Shown here piece by piece: positions 34,740-48,329 of a DNA stretch of 64,000 nucleotides. Origin of the DNA: Lama guanicoe. Lineage: Eukaryota. The position numbers and the translations under genes are program-made. Under the pieces are notes generated by a model. It was not told the DNA's origin, made no database searches, and saw only the letters and a list, made by a program, of their open reading frames with translations. The DNA lies in NCBI GenBank assembly GCA_013239625.1, contig MU053933.1:1242001-1306000 (forward strand), given 5' to 3'. Each line of letters starts with the position of its first letter. Position 1 is the first letter of the stretch.

Positions 34740-35041
34740 TGTCTCAGTCACCACGGCTTCCTTAACAAGAAACCACGGCAGACGCTGATTGCTCACCATT
34801 CTGGGGGCTGGACGTCCTAGATCATGGTGCCGGCTGCCCTGGGGTCTGGATGGGGCTGGCTGCAGTTCCTCCAGCTGGCTGTGTCCTCACGTGGCTGAGA
34901 CAGAGCTGGTCTCTGCCATCTCGAAAGGCCTGGGCCTGTCCCATCAGAGCCCATCTCCTGCCATCAGCACCGGCACACAGTGACCCTGTGGGGTGGGGCT
35001 TCAGCACGAGGACTTCGGGGCACCCCTCTCAGTCCACAGCT
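34740..35041 (-). mobile_element. MaLR LTR (MLT1A-like), diverged
   Basis: CTCACCATTCTGGGGGCTGGACGTCCTAGATCATGGTGCCGGC...TGTGTCCTCACGTGGC...GGGCTTCAGCAC...TCAGTCCACAGC. Confidence 0.7.
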
Positions 35042-38000
35042 CTGGCCCTGCAGCAGGGGGACTCTGGGGGCCTCATACCGTCTTCATCTGGCTACTTTTG
35101 AGTCGAATCTTGGGACCCTGGGATTGGCTCCCTGAGGGGCAGTATCACCCAGGCTCCCTGCGTTTTGCTCAGTTTCTCAGATTCGTACAAACTTCTGTTC
35201 TCTAGCAGCAACTCTCGAACGATTCAGCCCTGGGGGGCCTCCAAGTGCACAGGGATCCTGTGTGGGTGGTGGGGACATGGCGTGCATGGTGGAGACCTGG
35301 CCCCATGTGCAGGGGGCGCTGCCTCTCAGCCCTGCATGACGGTTGCCATAGGGACTGCGAGCCCAGTCTCCTGGCATCTTCTGATTTTTTGAAAGAAGCA
35401 AGCCGTCAGGATTTATTAGCTCGTATTAAAAAATGTCACACAAATCAAACAAATCATGCCTGTGAATCAGCTCTCTGGCCGCTGGTCTGAGACTTCTGCC
35501 AGCTCCTTCCTGGCTCTCTGCTTTGCCAAAGTCGGCAACAGTTCATTTACACTTTGCTAGTCCAGCTGAACACGGTCATAGCATCCCTGCCAGCGACGGG
35601 GGTCAGTTCCTTATATGTTAGGTATCCTTGGATGCAAGTTAGCTCAAGCGATGGGGGCTTAATTTAAAGATAACAGAGGGGTCAAGGTGGCAGAGCATCT
35701 TCCAGGAACCCACGGTAGGAGCAGCTCTGCCACGAGGCAGAGCTCCCGGGCAGCTCGTGGGACCTCGGCAGTGGGGCTCCGGCATCAGTGAGACTGACTC
35801 CCTCTCCACGGGTGGGCACCACCCCACGCCCCGCCTCCCCCTGACGCGATTTCTCATTTTCCTGTCTCAGAGCTTCACTTGCCACTTCAGCAAGGAGTAG
35901 CCTTTCATGTCCCTGCCCCTGCAGAGTCCCAGAGTTAACGCAGGGCTCTTCTCTTCAAGTATCTTTTGAGCTTCAACTCTCACTACTACATGTCTTGTTT
36001 GTTTGATGTTTATCAGTTCATATTTTTTAAGTTGAAGATTTTTCTCCCTGTTGGGTTTCCACCCACCAGGCCACTGGCAAGCGGGTAGGCCAGTCACGCT
36101 GGTCAGGTGTCCCCTCTGGCCCAGGCAACTGGCGGAGAAGGGCCGGGGCGCAGGGTGCTGACGCGGCTCCCAGCTGGCTGGGCTTGGGGCTGGGCGCCCT
36201 TCCGCAGGAGGGCGTGGCTGTAGGCAAGTGCCTAACCCAGTCATCTAGACCACAAATCCAACTTGCCGGAAAGCTGGTTTCACAGGATCCACTAACTTGG
36301 AAGAAAGCTCTTTAAGTCTAGAAACAGACAGCACAGTCGTGGGTGTCTGGTGACAGCAGACCGGGGTCCCTTTACTCGGAAAAAAGGTTCATCCAGGAGT
36401 TCCATCAGCTGGAAGTCCCGTTCGTCTCACCTGGCACCGAGTCCTGTGTTTGTAAATTCTGCATCTGACTTTTGTATTTTTGAAAGTGAGAGTAAGCCAA
36501 TTCTTGTGAAAGACCGGGACCACAGATTGGCAGAATCGGAAGGAACTTTGCCCTAATCCCTCATGTGTCCTGTTCTGGGCGTGCGTTGGCCTTGGGTCCC
36601 TGGTGGCCACACACCGACGTGGTCCCTCTTCCCCACCCCAGGGACTCTTGCTCCGACCAGGGGCCACCCCTCCCACAAGCAGGCTGTGCTGACCTCTCCA
36701 GGAGGTAAGTGTCTTCCACCCCACCTTGTGTCATGCCTCCAGCCTTCACTGTTAGCCGAGGGAGGGGGCGGCCGGGGAGACGCTGGTCGAGCCTCCCGCG
36801 GGTCTGCGGCAGGAACAGCAGACCCCCTCCTGGGACTTCAGGACCAGGTCAGGACTGCTGGGAGCGTCGGGCACCGCGTGGCAGCGCCTGCCCAGCCCCC
36901 TGCCCTGTGCAGGGTGGGCTTGGCCGTTGAGATCAAGCAGAACCACTGGCTTAGAAGGGTTAGAAAAAGTTCAGGTGAAGCAAGGGGACGAAAAATACCT
37001 GGTTGCTTTAGAAAGTTTCTCTTTTCCCGCTCCTTGTGTGGGTTAGCGGGGGTCTTGCTGGTTGCCCGGCTGTCCCTGTGTCCCTCTGTGCCTGTTATGT
37101 CATCTTTAAGCAGAGAGGGAGCTACCTGCCGCACGAGCTGCTGGGGCGACAGAACTAAACCCCACAGCGAGGCTCCCGGCAGGTTGGGCCCATGATGCTG
37201 ACCATCTTCACTGCCCGTTTCTGCAGGAGCTGCCATCACCCCCTTCTCCTGGATGGGTGGGGCCGGCCGGCAAGGCCCCGTCCACCCAGAACCCTCTTTG
37301 CTGCTCCTCCAGCCACCCGTCCCCCTCCTGCTGACCAGAGTGATTCCCTGGTCCCCTTAGATGAGAAAGACACCACCCTGGACGTCTAGGATGGGGGCTC
37401 CAGGCTACGTGGTTGACTTTGGAAGATTCTGGAACTTTGTCCCTGTTACCTGTCATCATCATAACTGTCATTTCCCTGCAGACGTGGCCAGTGAATCTGC
37501 TCAGGAGACAGGACCATGGGCCTACTTTGGGGGGGTGCTGTGGGGGGGTGCCAGAGAGTCTGAACTGTTGGGGTCACGCTCCAGGGGACACGCTGAGATG
37601 TCCTGCAGCGTGGGTGCCCGCATGTCTTCTCTGAGCTTAGCTGAGCTCCTGGGGAGCCCGGGCTGCAGTCCTGGCCTCCTGCCTGCAGTGGGGGCTCTCA
37701 GACTTGCTTCTCCATTGCTGTCAGGGCTCAGGACCCCGCTCCGGCCCACGAGACCATGGCTGGGGCCACCCCTTCCAGGGCCTGCTCGTGTTAACAGGGC
37801 CCCGCTCTCCAAACTGCTCAGTTTCAGAGTCCTGCGGCCCCTCAGTTGCATCCAAGGCCACCCTGGGCTCCTGAAGTCACAGCCACCCACCTAGGACGCC
37901 CCTGAGTCTTGTCACCCACGCGGAAGAGGCACTGGGCTCCCCCGTCCCCGGGGCTGTGCCCGCAGGGGGCGCGAACGCAGAGGCTCCCAGGGCCACCCCA

Positions 38001-39194
38001 GACAGCAGGGCCCGGACTTTTTCTCTCTCTTTCCCCTTTCTCTGCATTATCTTTATTATGAATGATTTCTAAAAAATAATTACTTAAGGAGTGTAATTAC
38101 AGTATATTTAGTTTTTATAATGACTTTCTTACCTTGGGAAAAACACTCTAAGAGTCACTGAAATAAAGAGGAGTCTCTTAAAAAGCACGCTGCTCTATCC
38201 AGCGCAGGGCGGCCGCAGCGTGCCAGTCGGGGGTGGCACATGGATGCGTGCGAGCGCCACCTCTGTTCCTTCTCCTGAGCTCCAGTCTTAAACTTCCAGC
38301 CACCTTCAGGTGAGGAGCACCCGATACAAAGAACCCACAGATGACTGGCTAGAAATGCTGGGAGTCTTACTAGCACCACAAATGCGTCCTGTTCCAAACA
38401 AAGCGCTGCGTTCCCAATGCCGCTCTCCATTATTTCTCACCAGAACCGGCATCTTTCCAGGTCCGCGCTGCCTCTGCTCGTCTGTGCCTTGACCCTGCCC
38501 TCAGTGCTATCTGCCAGGGCCCCCCGGTCCTGCATTCACTCTGCGATGTTGTAACTGTGCGCTTGTGTCAGCTGCACAGAGCAGAGCCCACTCCAGCAGA
38601 GGCAGTCACGGTGGCAGAATTAAGCCCCTTTTTTGTCGTCCTGTTTCTGTACGTGTGACCCAAAGCCCACCACACGGAGGGCGCCTACTGAATGTTTGCC
38701 TTGGGCTGATTTGATTTAATATCCACCTCTTTCCAGAAGTTTTTAGTGGTCATAAACATTTGCTGAATACAGTAATATTCTGCACATTAAATAAAAAAGT
38801 CGGTGGCACTTGGCGCCCCTGCGCCCTGAGAGGCCCACAGGAAACCACGGGACTGGAGTCTCAGGAAAAGCCCGCAGGTGTCCAGTCCCCATCAACGAGC
38901 TTCTGGGGTCAGTCAGAACGTCAAGTTCCTTCGCGTCTACAGGAGCTTGCTCATCTTTGTGATGCGACCTGTCTCACAGAGACAGACACCGACTGACGGT
39001 CAATGTCCCATCATTAATCAAGAGGAAAAGGAGGTAACTACCTCTTGGTAGATACAGCCTGCTGGGGTGGAAGTGAGCGGAAGGGAGCAGCCGCCACCCG
39101 GCCGCACCCCGGGCCCCAGGGGCGCAGGAAACAGCTTTCCTTGGGCAGAAACGGTGAGACGCCCAGTGGACCCAGGGTCCATCTCCCTTTCTGG

Positions 39195-39525
39195 ATACAC
39201 AGCCACCCAGACAACAACTGCACCTTCCAGCCTCTCTTGAAGCCAGGTGAGCCACGTGGAGTGAGGAATGTGCCGGTAAATGTACAGACTGCGCCTCCCC
39301 TCCCCTGTGCCCTTTCCAGGTGCCTGGAAACCAGATGAGAAGAAAGGAGCTGGAGCAGCCTCCTTGGGCTGCGAGGCGAAACCTCTGTTTTGAGGATGAC
39401 AGAGCAGTGACATGGAAGGAGTCTGGGTCCCATGTGCACCGGAGCAAACACCAGGATGTGTGTCTGGAGGGGAAATCTCTGTCTTGCTTCTGCTGCTGTG
39501 TTTGGGGCTCTGTTACCACAGCACA
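39195..39525 (+). mobile_element. Old MaLR LTR (MLT1J-like)
   Basis: GAGGATGACAGAGCAGTGACATGGAAGGAGTCTGGGTCCC...TCTGTTACCACAGC. Confidence 0.6.
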
Positions 39526-41457
39526 AGCTGGACCTTCACTCCCACATCACCTGACTGCTCCTTGTCTGAGCCTCCTCTTGCCATGTGATGGCTGACCCCC
39601 ACCCGGAAGCAAATGTCACTTTGAATACCCTCACTTATGACTTTATTTTCAAAATTTTTAAGACCCTCTGGTTGGAATAGCATTTGGGTTTCCTAACGCT
39701 CCTCTCAGAAACATTCCCTTATTTTCACTCCCCTCCCTTCTCCTTCATCTGCTCTCTTCATCCCTTGGCTTCTCTTTCTGAGATCTGGGGGCTGATAGGA
39801 GGGTCAGCTGATCCCCAGCTTGAGGCTACGGGCTGTTCCCGCCTCCTTCTGCTTTCTTTTCCCCAAGCCCTCCCTCCTCTCCCCCAACATCGAGGCCTCA
39901 CCAAAGGGAAGCGAGAAAGGTGTGGGGTGTACCAGAATGTTGCTGGTCCAGGACTCCTGGCCGGTCCAGGCAGCAGTGGAAACTCGGGCAGGGGGGGGGC
40001 CTTGGGGCCAGATATGCTCCGTTTATTGAGAAAACTAGGGCGGGGCTGGAATTCAGAGAATGAACCAGGAATTCCAAGGGTCGTTGGCTTTCTTTTATTT
40101 AGTGTATGTTTTTGTTTTTTTAACATTATAGGTCTTAGGTCTGCTTTGTTTTCTTTTGCATTTTGGCATTTCAATCCATGCTCACGTTCATAAAATCCAC
40201 TTTTAAGTTCAGTGAGCATTCCTGACTGTAAACCCATCTCCCACCGCTGTTCCCAACGAAACGGGGCCATGCTGCTTGTCACCGTTGTTCCCCGATTAAT
40301 GGTCCTTGCACCTTGTTCCTGGCACAGGTGAGGGCAGCAGCATGAAGGAAAGGTGCTCACCACCCCCACCCCTCCCACGGGCTGCATCCTCCATCCCTCG
40401 TGGTCCTGAACGACTCTTGCCCTCGGCACATTCTCTCCCCGTTTCATGGACTGTACAACTTGAGGTACCCGCTCCCTCAGCCTTAGTGACCATGTACCTC
40501 CCTTGTCTCAGAACGTGCAGCTCTGGAACCCCAGAGCCATTCTGCTCCCCCACTGCTCCCTGAGGGGTCCATCTGGGCCCAGGTCGTGAAAGAGAGTTAC
40601 CTCACCCCGGGGCCATTGTCCTCTTGGCCTTCCCTGCCCCGAAGGGACAGCAGGGAGGTGGCTGTAGGGGCGAAGGTCATCATGGACCTGGGACCCCGTG
40701 GCTCTGACCACTCCGCCCCCTCCCCAAGCGCTCTAACAGCATCAGAAGGTGCCCCCACAAACCTCTCGGAGGGGTTGCTGTGTGCTCAGAACACGAGCAG
40801 TGCTCAGCCCGCTGGCGGCTGGTCAGCGTTTGTTCAAGATTCGAGTTGTGGGTGTTCCAGCCCCTGTGCCCACCCCTTCATCCCCCACCCCCTGCTACGT
40901 GTTCATGAAGAGCATCTCCAGAAAGCATGGTCACTGGGTGTGGCAGCGGGGAGGAGGGAGAGGCGGGGAGAGAGCCCAGTGCTGAGGATGCGCTCCGGTG
41001 TGGGGCGCGGGGGCATCCCCTCCACGGAGGCCCCGGCAGGCAGGCAGACGGGGGCGGGGACGCGGGATTCCCGAGGGTCAGGGCCGTGCTGGTGTCTAGG
41101 ACCCAGCTCTGCAGGTCACTTTGAAGTCAGCCCACAGGGATGCGGCCTGAAAAGCCGTTCCCACCCCTCGGGGGAAAGCAGCCCTGCAGGACGAGGGCGT
41201 GAACTCGCCGGGTGGAGACGGAGCGATTCTCCTCCTCATCTCTGCGGTGGTGTCATTCGTGCAGGGATTTCCTGGAGACTCCACTGAGTCTCCCTCTCCA
41301 GCAGATGGCTTTGTAATAACCCCCAAACTGGTGCTCGCTTGGCCTCCCCTGGTGTGCTCCCCGCTTGGCCAGCCAGCTGAGACCTCCCTGACTTCCCGGA
41401 ACCCCCTCCCCACCCCCACCCACCGCCTTCCGGGATAGAAGCATCTGCTGCTGGACC

Positions 41458-41551
41458 TCGCCGTGTCGCTGGACACAGCAGGTTTGGAGTCTGTGGCAGG
41501 CTGATCGCCGTGTCGCTGGATGCAGCCGCTTGGGAGTCTGTGGCGGGCTGG
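41458..41551. repeat. Tandem duplication, 2 x 47 bp
   Basis: Copies at 41458-41504 and 41505-41551 share 40/47 positions; the first 16 nt are identical (TCGCCGTGTCGCTGGA). Confidence 0.9.
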
Positions 41552-42453
41552 TGGAGGCGCCTGTCCTTTCTGCCCCTGGAAAAGGGCTGCAAAGCGGAGA
41601 AAGGGTGCAAGTGGGATCCCAGGTGTCTGGCCAGGTCTGAGGGAGCTTTGCCTGTTGCCTGATTCAGCGCTTGAGAATAACTGAACGTGAGGCAGGAATT
41701 AAAGGGGCTGCAGGATGGGGCGGCTCGTAGGTTCCCGTGAGGATGTCGTCAGGCAGCATCACTCTGAGCAACGGCCCAAACAGCCACGAAAGGGTTAATC
41801 CCACAGTTTTAGACACAGCTGTGCCCCTCCCCACCACCGACCTCTGCGGTGCTCATGGCCATATCACCCGGCAGCCCGAGTTTGAGCTCTCTGTCTCCAC
41901 TTGTTTCTTGCACCCAGTCCAGGTTTTCTAGAACATTGGCTGCATGACAGACCCTCCCGCTGGGCCCTGATTCATGGATGCGGCTGCCTCCGGACCCTTG
42001 GGCTGACCACTCTGTCCACAGCCCCCTGCCCAGCATCGTCCTGCTGGTAACTCAAGGACTGCCTGGGCAGATCTCCTTGGAATGAATTCCAGGATCACCA
42101 AGAGTCTGCCCTCTGGCTTCTTTGGGCCCATCTGAGAAACATGGACCTCCCACAGCAGGAATGAGAAGGCGTGTGTTCTCCCAGGGCCCAGCCAGGGAGC
42201 ATGGCCTGGTTTTATCCTTTTGTGAGAGTCAAAGCTCTGAAAGGACATTCCCTTCCCAGTCCCATTTTCTCACTGGGAAGTGGAGTGTTTCCCCAAAAGT
42301 TGGTTTGTGTGTGGGAGAGACAGAACCCTGGGAGCTGGCTGTCTATTCATTTGCGGGCATTCCCATGGCCCCGCTGCTCCCACAGCAGATCCGGCACCTT
42401 CCAAAGATCAGGAGGAAGAGTCAGCTTTGGCATGGAGCTCACACTCAGAATGG

Positions 42454-42975
42454 AAGACGTGGAAGCAACCTAAGTGTCCACTGGCAGACGACTGGATAAA
42501 TATGTTGTGGTGTATTTATACAATGGAATACTACTCAGACATAAAAAGAATGAAATAATGCCACTTGCAGCAACATGGGTGGACCTGGAGATTGTCATAG
42601 TAAGTGAATTAAGTCACACAGAGAAAGATAAATATTTCATATGATATCACTTACATGTGAAATCTTAAAAAAAATGACACAAATGAACTCATTTACAAGA
42701 CAGAAAAAGACTCACAGACATAGAAAACACACTTACAGTTACCAGGGGGAGTGGGGGATTTAGGAGTTTGGGATTAGCAGATACACATGATTACATATAA
42801 AACAGATAAAAAACAAGCGCCTCTGTGCAGCACAGGGAGCTATATGCAGTAGCTGAGAATAACCTACAATGAAAAGAATGTGAGAAAGAACACACATACA
42901 GAAACGCATAACTGAACAATCTTGCTGAGCACCTGAAACTGACACGACACTAAATCAACCAATCGCCAACTGAAA
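42454..42975 (+). mobile_element. L1 fragment: ORF2 C-terminus plus 3'UTR
   Basis: Encodes KTWKQPKCPLADDWINMLWCIYTMEYYSDIK (L1 ORF2p C-terminal motif), followed by a typical 3'UTR. Confidence 0.92.
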
Positions 42976-43855
42976 CAACAGGAGCCACGGCCGAGGTGGA
43001 AACAGGACAGGCTCGCCGGCCGGGAGCTCCCTGGGCCCACACTTCACAGGTCGTGTCCGCCCCGCTGCGCGGCAGCCGGCGTCAGGAGAGCGCGGCCCTC
43101 CCCGCTCCTCCCCATGAGGATCCGCGTTTGCAGCTCCAAGTCCCGACACGTCCCCGATGTTGCAGGAAGACGGGGCTACGGCGGTGCAGGGGGCTGAAGC
43201 CCTCACGTTGCCGGGAGGTGAGACCCTTGGGCTTTGTCACCTCTGTTCAAGGGGCTGTCCTCCAGGGGGCTTCTCGGTCTTTTGGTGACCGAAACAAACC
43301 CTCTGGGACGGGATCCAGCAGAGCCGCTCAGTGGGGACACACCCATTTTATGTCTCTAACTTAGGGGGAAGAAAAGATCAAAAAACAGGGTTTCAAAAAA
43401 AACCAAAAAACCCCCCCCAAAAATCAGGGTTTTAGAAATTGTTTGTATTGAACAAGTTAACTTTTAGCACATAAAACCCAAAGACAACACCATTGTGCTG
43501 CTCAAAATAAAACGGCAGGATGTCTTAAAAATATTTCTTCCTGGTGCATGAGGCCCACAGAGTCAAGTTTAAAGGCGTCAGGAGACCCCTGCCTTCTTTT
43601 AGTCTGGAAGGCAAGCTCCGAGGCTCTATGTGGACTTGGTCCTTGGTGCAGGTGGGCCTCAGGCCCTCCTGGAACCGCCGCTCACCCCCAGGGCAGACCT
43701 TGGGCCTGACCTTCTGTTTTCCCTTCACGGACCAAGTAGCCCAGATTCCTTATGCTAGAATCCAAGGCCTCCATAATCCTGCCCCCAGGAAGTGGGCCCA
43801 GCTGGACTCTTCCCAGTCATGACGGTCTGCCCTTGTCCCCAGGGGGCAGCTGGAG

Positions 43856-44270
43856 TGTTAGAGTGGGCTGGGTGGTGGCCCCTGGAGACACGTCCCCATC
43901 CTAATGTCCAGAACCATTGCCTTCTGTGACAAAAATGTAATTAAGTAGAGGATTTTGAGAGGAGGCATTTATCCTGGTTTATTGGGTAGCCTTATAAAGG
44001 AATGCAGAGGATGCTCAGACAGAAACAGGGAGGAGGTGGCCACGTGAAGATGGAGCAGAAGGAGATGGGGCCACAGCCAGGGACGCCTGGAGCCACCAGA
44101 AGCCAGGAGGGGCAGGAAGGACCCTCCCCTGGAGCCGTCAGAGGGAGCCCAGCCCTGTCGCCACCTTGATTTCAGACTTCTGGCCCCAGAACAGTGGCAG
44201 AAAAAGTCCCTGTTGTTTTGGGCGTCAAGTCCGTGGCAGTTTGCTTCCGAAGCTCTGGGACGCCGGCAGA
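43856..44270 (+). mobile_element. MaLR solo LTR (MLT1C/D-like)
   Basis: GGCCACGTGAAGATGGAG...GGAGCCACCAGAAGCCAGGAGGGGCAGGAAGG...CACCTTGATTTCAGACTTCTGGCC. Confidence 0.85.
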
Positions 44271-45569
44271 CGTCTCTCGTCTTTGCGTGTCGGGTGCTTG
44301 GCCTTCACCCTGACCTGCTCCCCACTCGGCCAGGCATGCTCTCGGAGGCCGTGCTGGGAGCGTCTTCACGCCTCCCGCAGTGACCTGGCTCTTTCTGGAA
44401 ACCCCAGCGCGGAGGCGCTCAGACCAGCCTGCCCCTGAGCACCTGGGCATTTAGCAAACGCTGTTACCTGGGCCCCACCCCCAGGAGTTCCGACTGACTT
44501 GCCCGGGGCGCAGCCTGAGCACTGGGGTTTTGAACGCTCCCCTGCAGACCCTGACTTGCTGGTCCAAGCCAGGCTGGTTCCATTCTGAGTGGGGACTCGT
44601 GTGTCTATGTGGGTGGCCCTCCAGCTCAGAGTGGAGGCGTCCGCCTGTCCTGGCCCGTGTTTAGCACAGTGTCTACAACTTGGTAGACAGCGAGCATCCA
44701 TGGGGAGAGACTGAACAAGGCTTTTAGCCGACGCCAGCACCTGCCTTTTAAGTTTTGGGCTTTGTGGACAGTGGCTGAGCCGCCTGGACAACTCACAGCC
44801 TTCCTCATGTGCATGCTTGTAGGACCGAGGAGGATAAACAATGACGGAGGTCCTGGTCACATCAAACGGGGCAGGAACAAGCCGCAGCCCAGCCACCAGC
44901 GGTCCCTTCGCTGTGCTGCAGAGCGCGGTGGGCCCGCCCAGAAGTGCAGGCTCACCCTGGGAACTGCCTGCCGCCACACGTGGGCAGCTGGTTAGACCAT
45001 GGACCTTGGCATCGCCCCCTGTGCCTTGAGGCCTCCGGGGCTGGAGGGGCCGCCCCGCCCCAGCAGAAAAGCCAGCAGCACCCGCACCTCCTGTCCTCCA
45101 AGGCATCTTGCTCAGAAGGGGCAGCGGCCCCAGGTAGCCTCAGGGCGCTGGGGGGAACCTGCTGGATCAGTTCCTGCTCTTTGGAACCAGCCCCATTCCT
45201 TGCTCCCTCCATCCACCTGCCTTCCCTTTGGAAGCATAAGAGGGACACCCGTGATTGCCCTGGGGCTGTCCTCAAATACCGCTCTCCGCAGGGATGCCGC
45301 TGTCTCAGGAAAGGACAAAAGCTAGGAGTAGAGGACGTTTCCTACGTCCCGCTTTTGTGAATTAAAAATGTTTATTTTCTCATATTTGAATGGGTAACCC
45401 ACTCACAGAGTCCGCAGTCCACAAGGCACGCCGCCCTGTGCAAAGGCCTGCTGTGAATCTCCAGTGATGACGACGGCTCGGCGCTGGCAGAGGGACCGCC
45501 CCGCAGATGGAGGGGACAGCGCGACAGGTGCGCCCAGCTGAGGCTGAGGAGGGTGCAGGGGACGGAGGG

Positions 45570-47240
45570 TCAGCCTCGTCAACACATGGCAATGGGAGGG
45601 ACCCCACCTGTCTAACAACTGAATGCAAAGAAAATCAGCTCCAGGTAGGTCCCAGATTGAATGGAAAATGTAAAAACGATAGCACTTTGAGGAAAAACAG
45701 AAAATCGGTCAAAGGTTAGGTGCAGGGTTCTTACTCTTGACACCGAAAGCACAGTCTGTAAAAGGGAAAACCGATAACCCTGATAACAGAAGCGTTCGCC
45801 TCCTGAGGCCTGGGGAGGCCTTCTGGCTTGTGCGCGAGCTCGCTTGAACTTGATGCTGACAGAAACAGCGCCTGCGGCCCCTCAAACACGCACTGTCCGT
45901 CGGCTTGCATTATTACAGACAAGGCGTACTGACCAGAAGTGAAGAATTTCATGCTACAAATAGAGATAAAATGCCCTTCTCCCTGGGGTGGGGGGGCACC
46001 AGTGCTGGTCCTCCTTTGATGACAAGACCCCTCCCAGGTGCCGAGGCCGCGCTGACTCACTGTGTCTGTGCCGGGCTGTTCTTTTTTATTTTTGAAACCT
46101 TGAAGAAGTGGATCGCTGGCTTGTTTAATGCTCTCTGTCCTAGCAACATACGCAGCTGTGCTGGGAGCCCTGCTTCTCCAGAGCAGTTTCTCGGAGGAGC
46201 CTGGGAAGCGGGCTTCCAGGCTGGTCCTCAGTTTGGCTCAAATAAAACTCTTCTATTCCTGTCATGGACTGTTCATTGATTATTTTCATCAACAAAACTA
46301 ACTTCATCAAAATTAAAAACTTTGATCTGTGAATGCTCACGGGAAGAGGATAAAAGGACCAGCTACAGCCTGGGAGAAAGCGTGTGCAGACCACACACTC
46401 TACAAAGGACTCACACACAGAGAACCCAGACTCAGCAGTGGGAATCCGGACGATTCAGCCAGAACACTGGCCGAAGACGTGAGTGGGCCTCTCCCCCAAG
46501 AGGACATACAGGTGGCAAACAGCGCATGAAAGGCAGGTCCCCATCCTCCACGTCCAGGGGTTGAAGGACCCCAGTGAGGCCCTGCAGACCATCAGAGCAG
46601 CTGGACCACAGCACCGGCCGCACCAGTGCTGGTGGGTGTGGAGGTGCTGCCCCCCCACCCCAGGGATGGAAAACAGTGCAACCGCGCTGGGAAGGAGTCT
46701 GGGTGTTTCTTTCTTGTTTTGTTTTTTTGCTTTTTACAAAACTGAATGTCTGCTTTTACTCCAGAGAAAAAGACTCGTGCTCACACGGAAGCACGTGCCC
46801 AGGTGTTCCCGGCAGCTTCCTCCCTCATCACCAAACCCAGAAACAGCCCAGACGTCCTTCAACAGCTGGATGGCTGAACCAGCCGCGGTGCAGCCACACC
46901 ATGGAACTCGCTCAGCGGTGCTGGGAGCAGACACGACAAACCCCACGTGGCTCTGCGGAGAGCTGTGCTGAGTGGACGAGGCCCGTCTCACAGCCACAGC
47001 CTGTCTGGCTGCACTTCTACTGTATCCCCGAAATGAGAAAATTGTGAGGTGGAGGACAGGTTGGCGGTGGCCAGGAGCGTGGAGGGGGTGCTGGGGCCGC
47101 ATGAGGGCCGTCCTGGAGCTGGGCCCAGAGGAGGCGCACACTGGAGTGCACGTGGCACCAGGGGCTGAGGGCTTTACTGGAAATGCATCAACGTCCGTTT
47201 CTCGCCTTCATCCAGAAGCCTCATGTTTGCACTCAGAACA
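45570..47240 (+). mobile_element. Old L1 (ORF2 3' part to 3'UTR) interrupted by an LTR
   Basis: TTGACACCGAAAGCACAGTCTGTAAAAGGGAAAA before the LTR and ACTTCATCAAAATTAAAAACTTT...TGGGAGAAAG after it; degenerate 3' motifs continue to ~47240. Confidence 0.7.
45781..46294 (+). mobile_element. ERV solo LTR nested in L1
   Basis: TG...CA ends (TGATAACA / ATCAACA) and AATAAA at 46241. It splits an otherwise contiguous L1 motif. Confidence 0.75.
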
Positions 47241-48329
47241 CACAAGAAGGGCAGACCCTGGGAATGTGCCGTCAGGTCTCGCCGGCTGGGGCAGCCCTTC
47301 TTGACCCCAGCGTGTGGCCCTGGGCGTGGAGGCCCTGGCCTGGGAGGGGCGGCCGGCCAGGGGAGGATGAGGTCCCCAGAGGCAGAGGCGTGGGCTTGGG
47401 GAAGGGACCGCCGTGCCGGCCTTCCTGCCTGAGCCCAGGGAGACTCAGTTTACAGCTTCAGCTAGGGCCTTGTTTCCTGGCCGGACAGGAGTCACTCTGC
47501 CCAGACAGAAACACCATTCACGGGGAGGTGCCCACCAGCAGTGAATGAGAGAAAGCACTTATGTGACCATGTCAACATAGACTTACGTTTAATGTGTTTA
47601 AGGGGGTGGAGGGGACCCTCTACTTAAGCTCCTTATGAAGTCGAGGGGCTTCTGTCCGCGGGGCTCTCAGGGGCCGCGCAGGAGAACGCAGTCCAGCTGG
47701 CGGTTAGCGGCGTGAATTAGCGGGGGCTGCCGGGCGGCCCTTTCCTGGTGGAAGGAGGCCAGTTTTCACATCCAGTTGCCCCGTCACAGCCTCACTGTCT
47801 GCTTTTTGCTCTCTGGGGCGTCTGCCTCCCTATCTGGTCACCCTCCCTGCACCACCCATCTGTGCTCCATCTGGGCGTGCAGGACAGGGAGGTGGAGGGT
47901 GAGCAGGCAGATAGGTGGGGTGGGAACTGGTGGGATGTGTTTGTGGGCTCCAGCCTCCCACCCACCCCTCTCACGAGACTTTTGCACTCCCAGCCCCCTC
48001 CACTCACGTCTCGTGCCCCTTCCCCAACCTGGCTTACTGACAGCGCATCCAGGAGCTTTCTGATCTTCACAACCACTGGATCCTCTCACCCCTCCCTCTG
48101 TGGGGGTTTTGTTTTAATGCACCGTGGCAGGCGCTGGGGGGCAGGTGTGGACCAGCCACCAGAAGCACTCACACCCACCCTGCCTGCCCGGGTGATGGAG
48201 GTGAGGAGCTGAAATGCTGCTTCAGAGCAGCAGGCCAGCAAAGGCCCCTGCTCTCCCTGGGCTTAACCACAAGGGCCAGCAAATGTGTGAAACCAGGAAT
48301 GCTGGAGGGCAGCACATGCCAGAAATGAG

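Noticed and set aside
42280..42558. ORF with an L1 ORF2p C-terminal motif as an active retrotransposon or gene
   Set aside because: It is only a ~0.5-kb truncated, frameshifted 3' fragment.
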